From: a virus
Reading direction: 5' to 3' (one strand)
Virus record (IMG/VR): IMGVR_UViG_3300025030_000045
Length of the DNA: 64,000 nt
A model generated the notes under the pieces. That model saw only the letters and a program-made list of their open reading frames with translations, was not told the origin of the DNA and did not search any database. Positions 9,375-19,223 of the stretch are shown in pieces. Made by a program: the position numbers and the translations under genes. Numbering within the stretch: position 1 is the stretch's first letter; each line of letters opens with the position of its first letter.

Positions 9375-11089
9375 TGGGATGGTTAGCAAAGAAACTTCAT
9401 GCAATTAGCGATGGTGATTATGTCACACAGGGACGGTATTTTGATGGCATAAATGACTATGCAACTCGTACACCAACCGACCTTGGAATTGGTGAGGGAC
9501 CAACCGGCACACTGAGTGTGTGGATAAAAAGTGCGGTGGACGGAACTCTAGGGGTCATCTTATGTAATGCGGGCAATGCTAACGCTGGTTTGTATTTTGC
9601 TAAATATACAACCAATGTTTTCTATCTACGCCTAAGAAATAGTGGCCCGGCTATAATTGTCAGCGCTGTCGCCGGGCAGATTTTATCCTCTGATGGATGG
9701 GTGCATTTTCTTGCTTCATGGGATACAGCCAATCTTAAATTTCATTGGTATCGCAACGATGTCTCGATATCAACTATCGTCCCGTCATCTACGACCAACG
9801 TTGATTATGACTATGGTACTTGGGCGATTGGGGATGAGAACAATGGTGGTGGGCGCTTTAACGGCGATATGTCGGAGTTGTATTTTTCTACTGATTATAT
9901 TGATCTTACGGTTGAAGCCAATCGACGCAAGTTTATATCTTCTACGAGAAAACCGGTTTCATTGGGTCTCACGGGATCATTACCCACCGGAAATCAGCCC
10001 CTGATTTACTTCCCCTATGGTGATCCAACGGACAATCATGGCACAGGCGGTAACTTCACTATGACGGGTGCTCTTGATGTTTCTTCCTCTTCCCCGAGTG
10101 ATCCAGATGGAATTTGGGAGATAGGAATTACGACTACTGATAGTGCCCAGACATTTGTTATTGATATCTCTGCTGGAATAAATCCATTTATTACTATAGA
10201 CTGGGGAATTGACGACCCACAGGTCTTTACTACAACCGGGATGAAGATGAAAACATATCCTCCAAATAGTAGTTATGTAGTCAAGATCAGCGGATCATTT
10301 ACTAGTGGGGGAAATATTAAGCTCAGTAATCCAACACTACTAAGAAGCACGAGTGTTATTCCGTTTATCGCCGGGCTTTCAAGCTTCTATGGAACGTTTA
10401 ATGGATGTACAAATCTCAAATCGGTTCCGGCCGATCTCTTTCGCTATAACCCACAGGTATCATTTAGCGCATTTCTTTCAACATTTCAAAGTGCGGGAAT
10501 AGAAGAAATACCCGCTGGATTATTTCGGTACAACATTCTTGCATCGACTTCAGGATTTCAGGCAACTTTCCGCTATACATCTATAACATCTGTGCCACCC
10601 GATACTTTTCGATATAACACACTAGTATCATCTGCTGGATTTAAGGATACTTTTGGTGGATGTGGTAGTCTTATTAGTATTCCACCAGATTTGTTCCGAT
10701 ATAACACGGCGGTATCTAACGAAGCCTTTAGTAGCACATTTTTAAACTGTACATCACTCGAAAGCGTGCCTGCTGATCTTTTCCGCTACAATATAGCCGC
10801 AAGCACTTGGGGTTTCTATCGCACATTTCGCGGTTGCAATAAAATTCAGCTTAATCGCAACATTTTCTTTGCTGACGGTGAGGAGACTACCCGCTTCGCT
10901 AGTCCAAAACCAACACCAAACTTTACTGAATTTGCTATGTTTACTAGTACGTTCGAAGGTACTCAAGGAGAAGCTCCTCCTCTATGGAATTGTACCTTTA
11001 ATGGTTCGGCGGTCATTACAGATTGTTTTCACGGTCAGCGCATCGAATCGGTTAGTAACTATGGCGATATCCCAGTAGAATGGATTTAA
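9374..11089 (+). CDS. putative receptor-binding protein: LamG/concanavalin-like domain plus BspA-like leucine-rich repeats
   Basis: FDGINDY...TLSVWIK...GWVHFLASWD...FNGDMSEL (LamG-like); five to six 28-29-aa repeats LxSVPxDLFRYN...FxxTF; terminal NYGDIPVEW. Confidence 0.75.
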   Translation: MGWLAKKLHAISDGDYVTQGRYFDGINDYATRTPTDLGIGEGPTGTLSVWIKSAVDGTLGVILCNAGNANAGLYFAKYTTNVFYLRLRNSGPAIIVSAVAGQILSSDGWVHFLASWDTANLKFHWYRNDVSISTIVPSSTTNVDYDYGTWAIGDENNGGGRFNGDMSELYFSTDYIDLTVEANRRKFISSTRKPVSLGLTGSLPTGNQPLIYFPYGDPTDNHGTGGNFTMTGALDVSSSSPSDPDGIWEIGITTTDSAQTFVIDISAGINPFITIDWGIDDPQVFTTTGMKMKTYPPNSSYVVKISGSFTSGGNIKLSNPTLLRSTSVIPFIAGLSSFYGTFNGCTNLKSVPADLFRYNPQVSFSAFLSTFQSAGIEEIPAGLFRYNILASTSGFQATFRYTSITSVPPDTFRYNTLVSSAGFKDTFGGCGSLISIPPDLFRYNTAVSNEAFSSTFLNCTSLESVPADLFRYNIAASTWGFYRTFRGCNKIQLNRNIFFADGEETTRFASPKPTPNFTEFAMFTSTFEGTQGEAPPLWNCTFNGSAVITDCFHGQRIESVSNYGDIPVEWI

Positions 11090-11538
11090 ATATGAAGATA
11101 AATGATAATGGTATTATCAAAACTCTACCAACGGTTGTTCTTGTTAATGAATGTGAAATTCTAGTTAGCACGCTAGCCCAAGCAGAGAGATTTGGGAGAA
11201 TTGAATATGTACCCCCGGCGCCTTCATTACCAACAGCGGAAGATGTTGAATCACAGAAAAACATATTGTTTACTGCTATATGTGAGGCCGCTAGAGTTTA
11301 TGTCGAGCAAGAGTTTGATGCCGCTGGTATGATTCTCGTTGATCGGATGCTTCGTAGGGACCCACCAAATCAGCGAGCACAGGAATGTGATAACTGGGTT
11401 GCTAGTGTGTATTATGCAGCGGAGTATCGCAAGGCAATGGTCACCGCTGATATGTGGCCCAGTGATCAAGACGTCCTTGATTTTAATTCTTTCGGAAAAA
11501 AACCCCACACGATCGCCCAACTTCTAGCAGAATTCTAA
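11080..11538 (+). CDS. hypothetical protein, possible fibre assembly chaperone
   Basis: Follows the RBP gene; size and position are typical of fibre assembly proteins. Confidence 0.55.
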   Translation: MDLNMKINDNGIIKTLPTVVLVNECEILVSTLAQAERFGRIEYVPPAPSLPTAEDVESQKNILFTAICEAARVYVEQEFDAAGMILVDRMLRRDPPNQRAQECDNWVASVYYAAEYRKAMVTADMWPSDQDVLDFNSFGKKPHTIAQLLAEF

Positions 11539-11559
11539 TCAGCAACTTTGTTTGAACAT

Positions 11560-11567
11560 AATAAATA
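11560..11567 (+). promoter_or_regulatory. late promoter variant AATAAATA
   Basis: TAAATA core in the intergenic gap before 11607. Confidence 0.55.
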
Positions 11568-11606
11568 GTTTTATATAACATTAACTTATAACAGAGGAGA
11601 ATAAAT

Positions 11607-11846
11607 ATGAACAAATTTCCGATCATACCGCAAGACAAGGCAAACCACTTTATCGTTGGCGCCTTGATAGGAACGTCGGCTCTACTCATCGGTGGTTACG
11701 CTAGCATTCCGGTACTGGCTGCTGCCATTGGCAAGGAAGTGTATGATCACTTCCACGGAGGTAGTGTTGAGTTGTATGACACTATCGCCACCACCCTCGG
11801 TGGGGTTCTGAGTGTTGGCCTTGTCATTTTGGCCCGTCTGTTTTAA
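11607..11846 (+). CDS. small membrane protein (DKxxH...KExYD type)
   Basis: PQDKANHF, GKEVYD and DTIATTLGG motifs with hydrophobic helices; strong RBS gaggag. Confidence 0.75.
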   Translation: MNKFPIIPQDKANHFIVGALIGTSALLIGGYASIPVLAAAIGKEVYDHFHGGSVELYDTIATTLGGVLSVGLVILARLF

Positions 11847-11868
11847 TCAAGGTTAATCGGAGCAACTT

Positions 11869-12375
11869 ATGTCCTTAGAACAGAGTATAGCAGATCTATC
11901 ATTGGCGGCTACGGAATTGCTTGAGGCAGTTAACGTTTCTAAGGAATCCTTAGATACCGCGGTTGCGTCTGCTGCCGCCGATCGTGTCCAAACGGGATTA
12001 GATAGAATATCAACCGAAGAGGATGCCGCGGCAGCAGCACTAGCAGCATCCTCGGCCACGACGGTTGCCCAAGATGCGCAGACAGCGATGACCAATTTTT
12101 CGCTGACAACGACAGCGTTGCTTGAAGGTGCGGCCATCTCACAGGCAGCACTCAATGAAATTGTTGTTGATACCGGGGAGGTGCGAGATTTAGCAGAAGC
12201 GGCAATTTTAGAAGCAACTAATCTCCGCGATGAATATATAATTATAAAGGATGATGCTCTTGCGGCCGTGGCTGACATGGGAGAAAGAGCAACACTATGG
12301 GGAACCAAATTAACAACAGGACCCGTTCCCCCGCCGAATCCACTTGATGGTGACATTTGGCTCGAGTTCACTTAA
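11869..12375 (+). CDS. second fibre adaptor protein
   Basis: N-terminus is homologous to 8733 (EQxIxxLxxAxTxL..V...K..LDxAV..AADRVQT); C-terminal PPNPLDGDIW fibre motif. Confidence 0.7.
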   Translation: MSLEQSIADLSLAATELLEAVNVSKESLDTAVASAAADRVQTGLDRISTEEDAAAAALAASSATTVAQDAQTAMTNFSLTTTALLEGAAISQAALNEIVVDTGEVRDLAEAAILEATNLRDEYIIIKDDALAAVADMGERATLWGTKLTTGPVPPPNPLDGDIWLEFT

Positions 12376-12390
12376 GGAGAATAATATAGT

Positions 12391-14523
12391 ATGCCTAAGA
12401 TTGCACGTGAACAAATCTTTAATGGAAGTCTGGAGACCTCGGCTGTTTACGATTCGACCAAGATCACCTTGGCGGGGTCGCTGGTTAAGCAGAGAACCGA
12501 AGTCGGCAACCCATCCAACAAGTACCTGGGCGTTGCTCCTGTATCCGCTATTCGTGCTCAGGAACTTTCTGGTTGGAATCCAGGTTCAATGCATATCATT
12601 CGTTACGGGAATAAGCATATTTTGTTCTCTGCTGATGGTGCTACAGGAGCAACTCGTCGTGTAGCCGCCTTTACCTACGATCTTCTAACAGAGGCCATCT
12701 CTTATCTTGGTTTTATCACCCTAACCTTCCCCACCGGTATCACCCAGATCATCCGTGGTGTCCGTGCATCAATCCAGCCCTACACCGCTGGGACTGTTGG
12801 TGTAGAGGGTGCAATCGTTACTGGAGTAGGGACAAGCTGGACCACAGACCGTATGTGTGCAGGGAGTCGGATCGGCTTTGGGACCACAGATGCTCATCAG
12901 GTCGTTACTTGGTATGAGATCTTGTCTGTTGACAATAATGGTCAGATTACTTTAACTGCGCCCGCTGGATCAATTCCTGCTGGAACCTCCTATGTTCTGG
13001 AGGACTTCAAACTTGTTGTCTCTACCACCTCGACGACCGTTACTGCAGGAGGTTTAAACGTCGTCAAGGGGATTCGTCTAGATGGCTTCGGTGCAGGGGG
13101 CATCACTGTCCTTGGGGCAACCAACATTGACAATGTTCGTGCTGTCTATCGCTTGAAGGATGCAGCGCCAATTACTAACCAGCAATCAGACGCCGTAACC
13201 TATTACAAGTTTGTCAACTGGCAGACTGAGTGGATAATCGTCCCTGATGGTAACGCATCTAACCTCAAGCTCTATATGTATAACATTCGAGCCCCTCTGA
13301 CGCATGTTGCAGGTGATGGGGCATTGCTGACAGCAGTAACTGAGTGTGTGACAACGGGTATCCAGGTCGTTACTGGTACACTCATGACTTATAATAATGG
13401 GCGTATCGTCACGGCCAATCACGGACCCGGGTTAGGAGTAGAGAGTTTGTATCTTGCTACAACTACCCGTATTATTCGTATTCCAGTTGCAGCCATCCTT
13501 CAGGGGTCAACGGCATTTATTGAGGATCAGATGATCGAAGTTCCTCTTGGAGGCGCTTCCGGATTACCAGCCACAGGAGCTTTAAACTCCCCGGAATATA
13601 GTGCCTCTCTGGATCGGTTCATCTTCAGTGGATTTACTGCCCCGGGTGGTCGTATCTATGTAACGCCTTATCGTTCAGATGGTGGCCAGTTTGAGAATCA
13701 CTTTGGTATGATTAGTAGTTCTTATGACCAATCTATCGCGAATAATCCACTCTTTCCAAAACTCTTTGCCGCCGCCCAGCTCTGGAGCGAGGATGGGATT
13801 CTCTACTGGACAATCTTCGGTGGTGTCGTTTCTACTACCGGTGTTATCTATATTTTCCCCGGCTTCGGTGCCCACTGGGATTATGCTGCAACCACTGGTG
13901 AACGAGCAATTCTTCCGGCTATGAATCTCGGGAGCTCCCCCACTCGTTTCAATCGAGTCCTCGGTGTAGCTAACACACATATTGAGACACTCCCAGGATT
14001 AGTTAAAGTGGTAGAGCCATATCGTATTCTCTATCGGACCGCTGGTATCGCCGACAATAGTGGTGCTTGGACTATTGCCCCACAAGATGGTGACCTTTCT
14101 GGGTTGGCTCCTGCTCCTCAAATCCAGTTTGCTATTGAATGGCTAACTATGGGTGATGTCTGTGTCGTGGCCCAGGTTAAATCAATCTGTCTGATTTACG
14201 AAACAGAGGACGCTCTTCCTGACACCTTCCAATGGAACTTCGGAGATTCCAATGTTGTTGATGGAACATTCGGATTCACCCAGACCGATGCTCTTACCTC
14301 CTGGCCGGCGGTCTTTACTATCAAGATGTACCGCGCAGATACAGATTCACTTATCCTTGAGCAGTCAAGCGATGGTACTCTTCTCGGAGTATTTGAATAC
14401 TGGGACGGCAACGCATGGGTGGTAGGACTTGGTACAAACACAGCAAATATTCGTCGTCGTTTTGTTCCATCTAGTTCTCTTCCGGGTGGTGTTGACCTTT
14501 ACGCTACTCTTCAGGTGACATAA
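12391..14523 (+). CDS. large virion fibre/spike protein
   Basis: Gly/Thr-rich and beta-rich; YTAGTVGVEGAIVTGVGTSW motif seen in tail fibres; RBS aaggag. Confidence 0.7.
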   Translation: MPKIAREQIFNGSLETSAVYDSTKITLAGSLVKQRTEVGNPSNKYLGVAPVSAIRAQELSGWNPGSMHIIRYGNKHILFSADGATGATRRVAAFTYDLLTEAISYLGFITLTFPTGITQIIRGVRASIQPYTAGTVGVEGAIVTGVGTSWTTDRMCAGSRIGFGTTDAHQVVTWYEILSVDNNGQITLTAPAGSIPAGTSYVLEDFKLVVSTTSTTVTAGGLNVVKGIRLDGFGAGGITVLGATNIDNVRAVYRLKDAAPITNQQSDAVTYYKFVNWQTEWIIVPDGNASNLKLYMYNIRAPLTHVAGDGALLTAVTECVTTGIQVVTGTLMTYNNGRIVTANHGPGLGVESLYLATTTRIIRIPVAAILQGSTAFIEDQMIEVPLGGASGLPATGALNSPEYSASLDRFIFSGFTAPGGRIYVTPYRSDGGQFENHFGMISSSYDQSIANNPLFPKLFAAAQLWSEDGILYWTIFGGVVSTTGVIYIFPGFGAHWDYAATTGERAILPAMNLGSSPTRFNRVLGVANTHIETLPGLVKVVEPYRILYRTAGIADNSGAWTIAPQDGDLSGLAPAPQIQFAIEWLTMGDVCVVAQVKSICLIYETEDALPDTFQWNFGDSNVVDGTFGFTQTDALTSWPAVFTIKMYRADTDSLILEQSSDGTLLGVFEYWDGNAWVVGLGTNTANIRRRFVPSSSLPGGVDLYATLQVT

Positions 14524-14870
14524 TGCTTCTTGTTGGAAGTCAATCTTTTATAATGACGAAGAGTCCTGGTATTTTCTCAGGACTCTTCGGTATCGTTTCT
14601 CAAAATAGAATAAGACTGCCTGCTATAAATGTTGTCTCACTCCCATATACGTCGCTGATGTCATCAAGCAATGGTACTGTCAGACTTCAACTCAATCTAC
14701 CGAGAGTAAGACGTCTTATGACCGCGTCTGGTGATTCAATATCAACACACGGTAGATTCCTTCAAATAAGAAGTCAAGATACTTGGAAGTCAACTATTCC
14801 ACGCATCTGGGATGGATCGCGATGGTCATCGGCCAAGGTTAAAATTTGGAATGGTTCTTCTTGGTCATAG
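14523..14870 (+). CDS. hypothetical fibre-associated protein
   Basis: TAATG coupling to the upstream gene; C-terminal RIWDGSRW/KIWNGSSW repeats. Confidence 0.6.
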   Translation: MLLVGSQSFIMTKSPGIFSGLFGIVSQNRIRLPAINVVSLPYTSLMSSSNGTVRLQLNLPRVRRLMTASGDSISTHGRFLQIRSQDTWKSTIPRIWDGSRWSSAKVKIWNGSSWS

Positions 14871-14876
14871 TAAACG

Positions 14877-14927
14877 TTTAGACAAATGGCATGAATACAC
14901 AAAAAGTATTCATGCCATTTGTCTAAA
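14877..14927. repeat. perfect 22-bp inverted repeat (hairpin or terminator)
   Basis: tttagacaaatggcatgaatac-acaaaaa-gtattcatgccatttgtctaaa. Confidence 0.9.
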
Positions 14928-14937
14928 TATATTACAC

Positions 14938-14945
14938 TATAAATA
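14938..14945 (+). promoter_or_regulatory. T4-type late promoter TATAAATA
   Basis: Exact consensus followed by RBS aaggag. Confidence 0.8.
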
Positions 14946-14964
14946 ATTTTAAGGAGATATTCTT

Positions 14965-15084
14965 ATGAGTGGTGTTATAGTAATAGTCGGTGGCGGTATT
15001 GTTAACTTCCCACCCGAAACTGAAATTTTTGAATATGCCGAAGAACCGCCATGCGCCGCGCTATTCGAACATTCAGAGGAGTAA
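14965..15084 (+). CDS. 39-aa late microprotein
   Basis: MSGVIVIVGGGIVNFPPETEIFEYAEEPPCAALFEHSEE*, directly after a late promoter and a strong RBS. Not in the ORF track. Confidence 0.55.
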   Translation: MSGVIVIVGGGIVNFPPETEIFEYAEEPPCAALFEHSEE

Positions 15085-15088
15085 CGAG

Positions 15089-15643
15089 ATGTCAATTTTT
15101 AAATTTAGACCGAAGGTTCCAACTACTGGGCAGGAACTTGTTCATAAAATTCGTTTAAAGCAAAGACTTACGAATGAAGAGCCGTGGATTCAAGTTGGTG
15201 AGGACATTTTATTGTCTTCACTGTTATATGATGACATTGAAGATAAGTATACAGTGAATGAACCGCTTGCTATCAATACAAAGTTCACGCGCATTACATT
15301 CTTATCAGAAGATGGGGTTGAAGGTCAACCCGTCGACCTACCACCGAAAGACAACAATGTTTCTTTTATCACGTTGTATGTTTTCACCGCGGATATTGGT
15401 CTTGGTGTTATGCCGAGAGTTGACTTTAATGTCTCTACATTGTTTCCGAACACCGCTTCCGCCGGTTCTAAACTGATCATCGATGCAAAAACCGTAAAGA
15501 CGGACGCTAACGGGTATGCATCTATTCAAATACCAGCCGACATCAATAGTGTTCGTATTACCGTTGGTAAAAGCATTAACATTCAAAAATTTGATACCAA
15601 CGGTAAAGGTGGTCAGATGGTGAACATTAAAGATCTGTTATAA
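15089..15643 (+). CDS. hypothetical beta-rich virion protein
   Basis: Start reassigned from 14990 to the ATG after RBS gagga; KTDANGYASIQI Ig-like motif. Confidence 0.65.
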   Translation: MSIFKFRPKVPTTGQELVHKIRLKQRLTNEEPWIQVGEDILLSSLLYDDIEDKYTVNEPLAINTKFTRITFLSEDGVEGQPVDLPPKDNNVSFITLYVFTADIGLGVMPRVDFNVSTLFPNTASAGSKLIIDAKTVKTDANGYASIQIPADINSVRITVGKSINIQKFDTNGKGGQMVNIKDLL

Positions 15644-16113
15644 TGGGTACTTATAAAATCCAGGATTTTAGAAAATATCTAAAAAATCCACAGAAGTACA
15701 AAACAAATAATGCTAATGCACCTCTTACACTACGCAGCGGTTGGGAGATTCAATTTGCCCAATGGCTTGATAGGAAAGAGGATGTTATAGCATGGAATTG
15801 TGAAGAGGTAATCATCCCTTATATCTATGACGTAGATGGAAAACAACATCGTTATTTCATGGATTTTTGGATGCGGGTTCGTGGGGTCGATGGTGTCTTA
15901 ACAGAATACTTGATCGAGATAAAACCGAATAAGGAAAAGTTTGAACCAAAGATGCCACAAAGAAAAACTGCAAGATATTATAAAGCAGTCGCGACATACA
16001 TCAAGAATCAAAACAAATGGGCAGCAACCGAAAAACTCTGCCAACAGGCAAGGGATCAGGGTAAAAGACTTTTCTTTGAAGTTATTACTGAAAAAGAATT
16101 TCCATTTATATGA
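15643..16113 (+). CDS. gp4: head completion nuclease
   Basis: KNPQKY, RSGWE, W..EEVIIPY, HRYFMDF, IEIKP, NQNKWAA and FEVITEKE motifs. Confidence 0.93.
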   Translation: MGTYKIQDFRKYLKNPQKYKTNNANAPLTLRSGWEIQFAQWLDRKEDVIAWNCEEVIIPYIYDVDGKQHRYFMDFWMRVRGVDGVLTEYLIEIKPNKEKFEPKMPQRKTARYYKAVATYIKNQNKWAATEKLCQQARDQGKRLFFEVITEKEFPFI

Positions 16114-16177
16114 TAGTGAATAAATATTAATAGAGCTATTAAATAAATGCATCTAAATATTAACAAAGAGGTTAATA

Positions 16178-16609
16178 ATGGCGCCCAAACTTGAATATAA
16201 GCACATGTACTACTTTCGCTATAATAATCCAGTGACGATCAAGACTATTCATATTTTTGACAAAGCACCCGTTATCATACCGCTTGATATTAAATCAAGA
16301 ACAATGCTGGCAATTAATATCCACTGGTTACACCCAGCAGTTCGTCAAGAATTCATTGACCTCATAATGGATTTATTTGATAGAAAATATATGACAAGCA
16401 AGGGATTAAAGTTTTCGGTTGCTCGTGTATTCTATATGCAAATCAAAAAGGTAAAACGATTACAGTGGGCAATGAAGGCTATCAGAAGATATAGGATTGA
16501 TCGCATTACAAATTTGACTGAAATTCCACAAGAGCAATGGGATGACATACTTCAGACTAAGAGATATCGTGCTCGTTTTGCAAGACGTTCTCGTGGATTC
16601 AAAATTTAA
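16178..16609 (+). CDS. gp2: DNA end protector protein
   Basis: MYYFRY..P, FDKAPVIIP, AINIHWL and IRRY motifs. Confidence 0.8.
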   Translation: MAPKLEYKHMYYFRYNNPVTIKTIHIFDKAPVIIPLDIKSRTMLAINIHWLHPAVRQEFIDLIMDLFDRKYMTSKGLKFSVARVFYMQIKKVKRLQWAMKAIRRYRIDRITNLTEIPQEQWDDILQTKRYRARFARRSRGFKI

Positions 16610-16629
16610 AGAAGATTGGATAAACACAT

Positions 16630-18192
16630 ATGTTTAGTTCTTTGATGGAAATTTTAAAACGACCTATCTATAGCGACAAAGAAGCAGCGATTGAGACAGG
16701 TGGGACGCCGTCTACAACATCTGATCGCGGTGATGTTGAACATGATCATATTTCCTATGATCCGTTTGGCAATTATAGTGCTTCTGGTATTCTCGGTGAA
16801 ACGGAACATAAGGTTAGTATGAGAAATCAACTAATCAGAAAGTGGCGCGGAATCTCCCAGTACCCAGAGGTCGACGAAGCTTTACAGGAGATATGCGGCG
16901 AGGCTATTGTTTATTCTGAATTAGAGAAAGTCATTGATCTTGATCTAAGTGATCTTGAGGTCGGTGACAAGATCAAAGATAAAATCATAGAATCATTTGA
17001 AAAAATTCTATATATGCTAGACTTCAATGTCAACGGCGAAGATCTATTCCGTCAGTGGTATGTTGATGGTTCTTTGAATTTTGAAGTTGTTTATGACAAT
17101 GCAAAAATTCAGGAAGGTATCAAAAAACTAATCCATCTTGCTCCGTTTAACCTCTTCAAATATAAAGACGCCACGACGGGTCAGATGAAATGGTTCATTG
17201 CCAAAAAACCAACTTATAATATTCGTGATGATTATAACAAATCAGAAAAAATCTTTTTAGATGAACAGATTGCCAGCATCAATAGTGGTGTTTATGGAGA
17301 GGATAAAAACATTCCTCTAAGTCACCTTAACAAAGCAGTTAAGTCAATCAATCAGCTTTATTTGATTGAGGATTCCATCGTCATCTTTAGGATCACAAGA
17401 TCACCAGAAAAACGAGTCTTCTACATTGATACCGGCAATCTTCCGAAAACAAAGGCGGAAGAATACATCAAAAATCTTATCGCCAAATATCGTCAGAAGA
17501 AAATCTATAACATTGAAACCGGCACGATTGAGAACAAACATAAATCAATGTCTATTCTTGAGGATTTCTGGCTTCCAAGAACTGCTTCGGGTAAAGGAAC
17601 ACAGATTGATACCCTCCAGGGCACAGGTGGGGGAATGCAAGATCTATCCGACATTGACTATTTTGTTGGTAAGGTGTATCGTGCTCTCAACGTCCCAAAG
17701 TCTCGTGTTAGCGGTGAAACAAAGGTTGTCATCGGCAACACTCTTGATATCGAAAGAGATGAATTAAAATTCTTCAAGTTCGTTCTTAAACTAAGACGGA
17801 AATTTAATAACCTATTCGTCGATCTCCTCAAGAAGGACCTTATCGCAAGAAAGGTTATGACATTTGAAGATTGGTCGTTGATTCAAGAAAAGATTAAATT
17901 TAACTATGCAAATAACAATGAATATGCAGAGATTAAAAGACTACAGATTCTTGAGATGAGGGTTGCAACTGCTGAACGTGTTATTGCATTAGAGGAAGCC
18001 GGTTATTACTCCAAGGAATATGTCAAGAGAAATATCCTTGCACAAACTGACGAGGAAATTAGGGATATCAAGAAACAGAGAAAGAAAGAAGAGAAAGAAG
18101 GAGGATCAGATAAGGGCGATAAAGAGGACGGCGATTACGGCGACGAAGGTGATGAGAAGAAACCAAAGAAAGCTTTAGTCAGTTTTGTCTAA
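16630..18192 (+). CDS. gp20: portal protein
   Basis: YPEVDEA, FRQWYVDG, EDSIVIFRITRSPEKRVFYIDTGNLPKTKAEEY and EDFWLPR motifs. Confidence 0.97.
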   Translation: MFSSLMEILKRPIYSDKEAAIETGGTPSTTSDRGDVEHDHISYDPFGNYSASGILGETEHKVSMRNQLIRKWRGISQYPEVDEALQEICGEAIVYSELEKVIDLDLSDLEVGDKIKDKIIESFEKILYMLDFNVNGEDLFRQWYVDGSLNFEVVYDNAKIQEGIKKLIHLAPFNLFKYKDATTGQMKWFIAKKPTYNIRDDYNKSEKIFLDEQIASINSGVYGEDKNIPLSHLNKAVKSINQLYLIEDSIVIFRITRSPEKRVFYIDTGNLPKTKAEEYIKNLIAKYRQKKIYNIETGTIENKHKSMSILEDFWLPRTASGKGTQIDTLQGTGGGMQDLSDIDYFVGKVYRALNVPKSRVSGETKVVIGNTLDIERDELKFFKFVLKLRRKFNNLFVDLLKKDLIARKVMTFEDWSLIQEKIKFNYANNNEYAEIKRLQILEMRVATAERVIALEEAGYYSKEYVKRNILAQTDEEIRDIKKQRKKEEKEGGSDKGDKEDGDYGDEGDEKKPKKALVSFV

Positions 18193-18229
18193 TGAACTGA
18201 TAAATAAAATAAACATCGAAGGAGATTTA

Positions 18230-18448
18230 ATGATGGAAAATGAAAATGCTGAAGTACCAAATACAGATGACACCGGTGTTCCTGAAAAAGAAACTCTTGG
18301 AAAAGCAATTGTTGCTGCTGCTGATAAAGACTATGCAACATTCAAGGGTTCTATTGCGGATGTAATTCGTGATCGTGTGTCTGATGCAGTGAAAGATGCC
18401 GCCGATGAGATTCGTCAGAATCTCTTCAAAAAACCAGAGGAGGAGTAA
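18230..18448 (+). CDS. prohead core protein (gp67-like)
   Basis: Small acidic ORF between portal and protease; RBS ggag; late-promoter variant GATAAATA at 18199-18206. Confidence 0.6.
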   Translation: MMENENAEVPNTDDTGVPEKETLGKAIVAAADKDYATFKGSIADVIRDRVSDAVKDAADEIRQNLFKKPEEE

Positions 18449-18451
18449 ATC

Positions 18452-19138
18452 ATGACCAAGGTCGAGCTTCTTAAAGAATGCGTTGACTTTCAATCAGTAG
18501 AGAATCTGATTGAGGGTGGAGAAGCTCTCGAGGAAGGAAAGGTTACACCAAAGAAATACTACATCCAAGGTCCTTATGTAGAAGCGGATGTAAAAAATGG
18601 GAACGGTAGAACGTATCCCTTGAAAGTTCTTGAGAGCCAAGTACAATCTTATGTAAATTCAAGAGTGGCCCAAAATCGGGCAATGGGTGAATTAGGTCAT
18701 CCATCTACAACTGACATCAATCTCGATCGCGTATCTCACCTCATTAAAGAAATGCGAATGGACAAAAATATTGGGTTCGGTAAATCCGTACTGATGAATA
18801 CTCCGATGGGAATGATCGCAAAAAGTCTGATTGATGAAGGTGTTAAATTAGGAGTATCTTCACGCGGTGTTGGTACAATGAAGAACAATGTTGTTCAAGG
18901 TGACTATCGCTTAATCACCGTTGACATCGTTGCTGATCCTTCAGCTCCTTCTGCATTCGTTGAAGGTATTCTCGAGTCTCACCAAGGGAAAGAGTGGGTT
19001 CTTGAAAACGGAATTCTTGTTGAGAGAGAAATCGAACAACTTGAAAACAATCTAAACCAATATGCAAGAGAAGACATCAGAACGGCTACTGTTAAGGTTT
19101 TCCGTGATCTTCTTACCATGATTGGCACAAAACATTAA
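18452..19138 (+). CDS. gp21: prohead protease
   Basis: NGNGRTYP, GELGHP, RVSHLI, GVSSRG and DIVADPSAPSAFV motifs. Confidence 0.96.
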   Translation: MTKVELLKECVDFQSVENLIEGGEALEEGKVTPKKYYIQGPYVEADVKNGNGRTYPLKVLESQVQSYVNSRVAQNRAMGELGHPSTTDINLDRVSHLIKEMRMDKNIGFGKSVLMNTPMGMIAKSLIDEGVKLGVSSRGVGTMKNNVVQGDYRLITVDIVADPSAPSAFVEGILESHQGKEWVLENGILVEREIEQLENNLNQYAREDIRTATVKVFRDLLTMIGTKH

Positions 19139-19223
19139 AAAATAAGAGTTCTAGATAAATATAATTTTAAAGATGTTTGTTATAGAACTCTTAAATCACA
19201 CACAGGAAAAAGGAGAGCACACA

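Noticed and set aside
9374-11089. Possible diversity-generating retroelement target
   Set aside because: I saw no reverse transcriptase and no template/variable repeat pair with adenine-specific mismatches in the window.
11853-12371. 172-aa minus-strand ORF and many similar antisense ORFs over structural genes
   Set aside because: Ser/Ala-rich mirror translations of real genes caused by codon bias.
14990-15088. N-terminal extension of the 14990-15643 ORF
   Set aside because: The GTG start has no SD and overlaps a better-supported 39-aa ORF; the ATG at 15089 has an SD.
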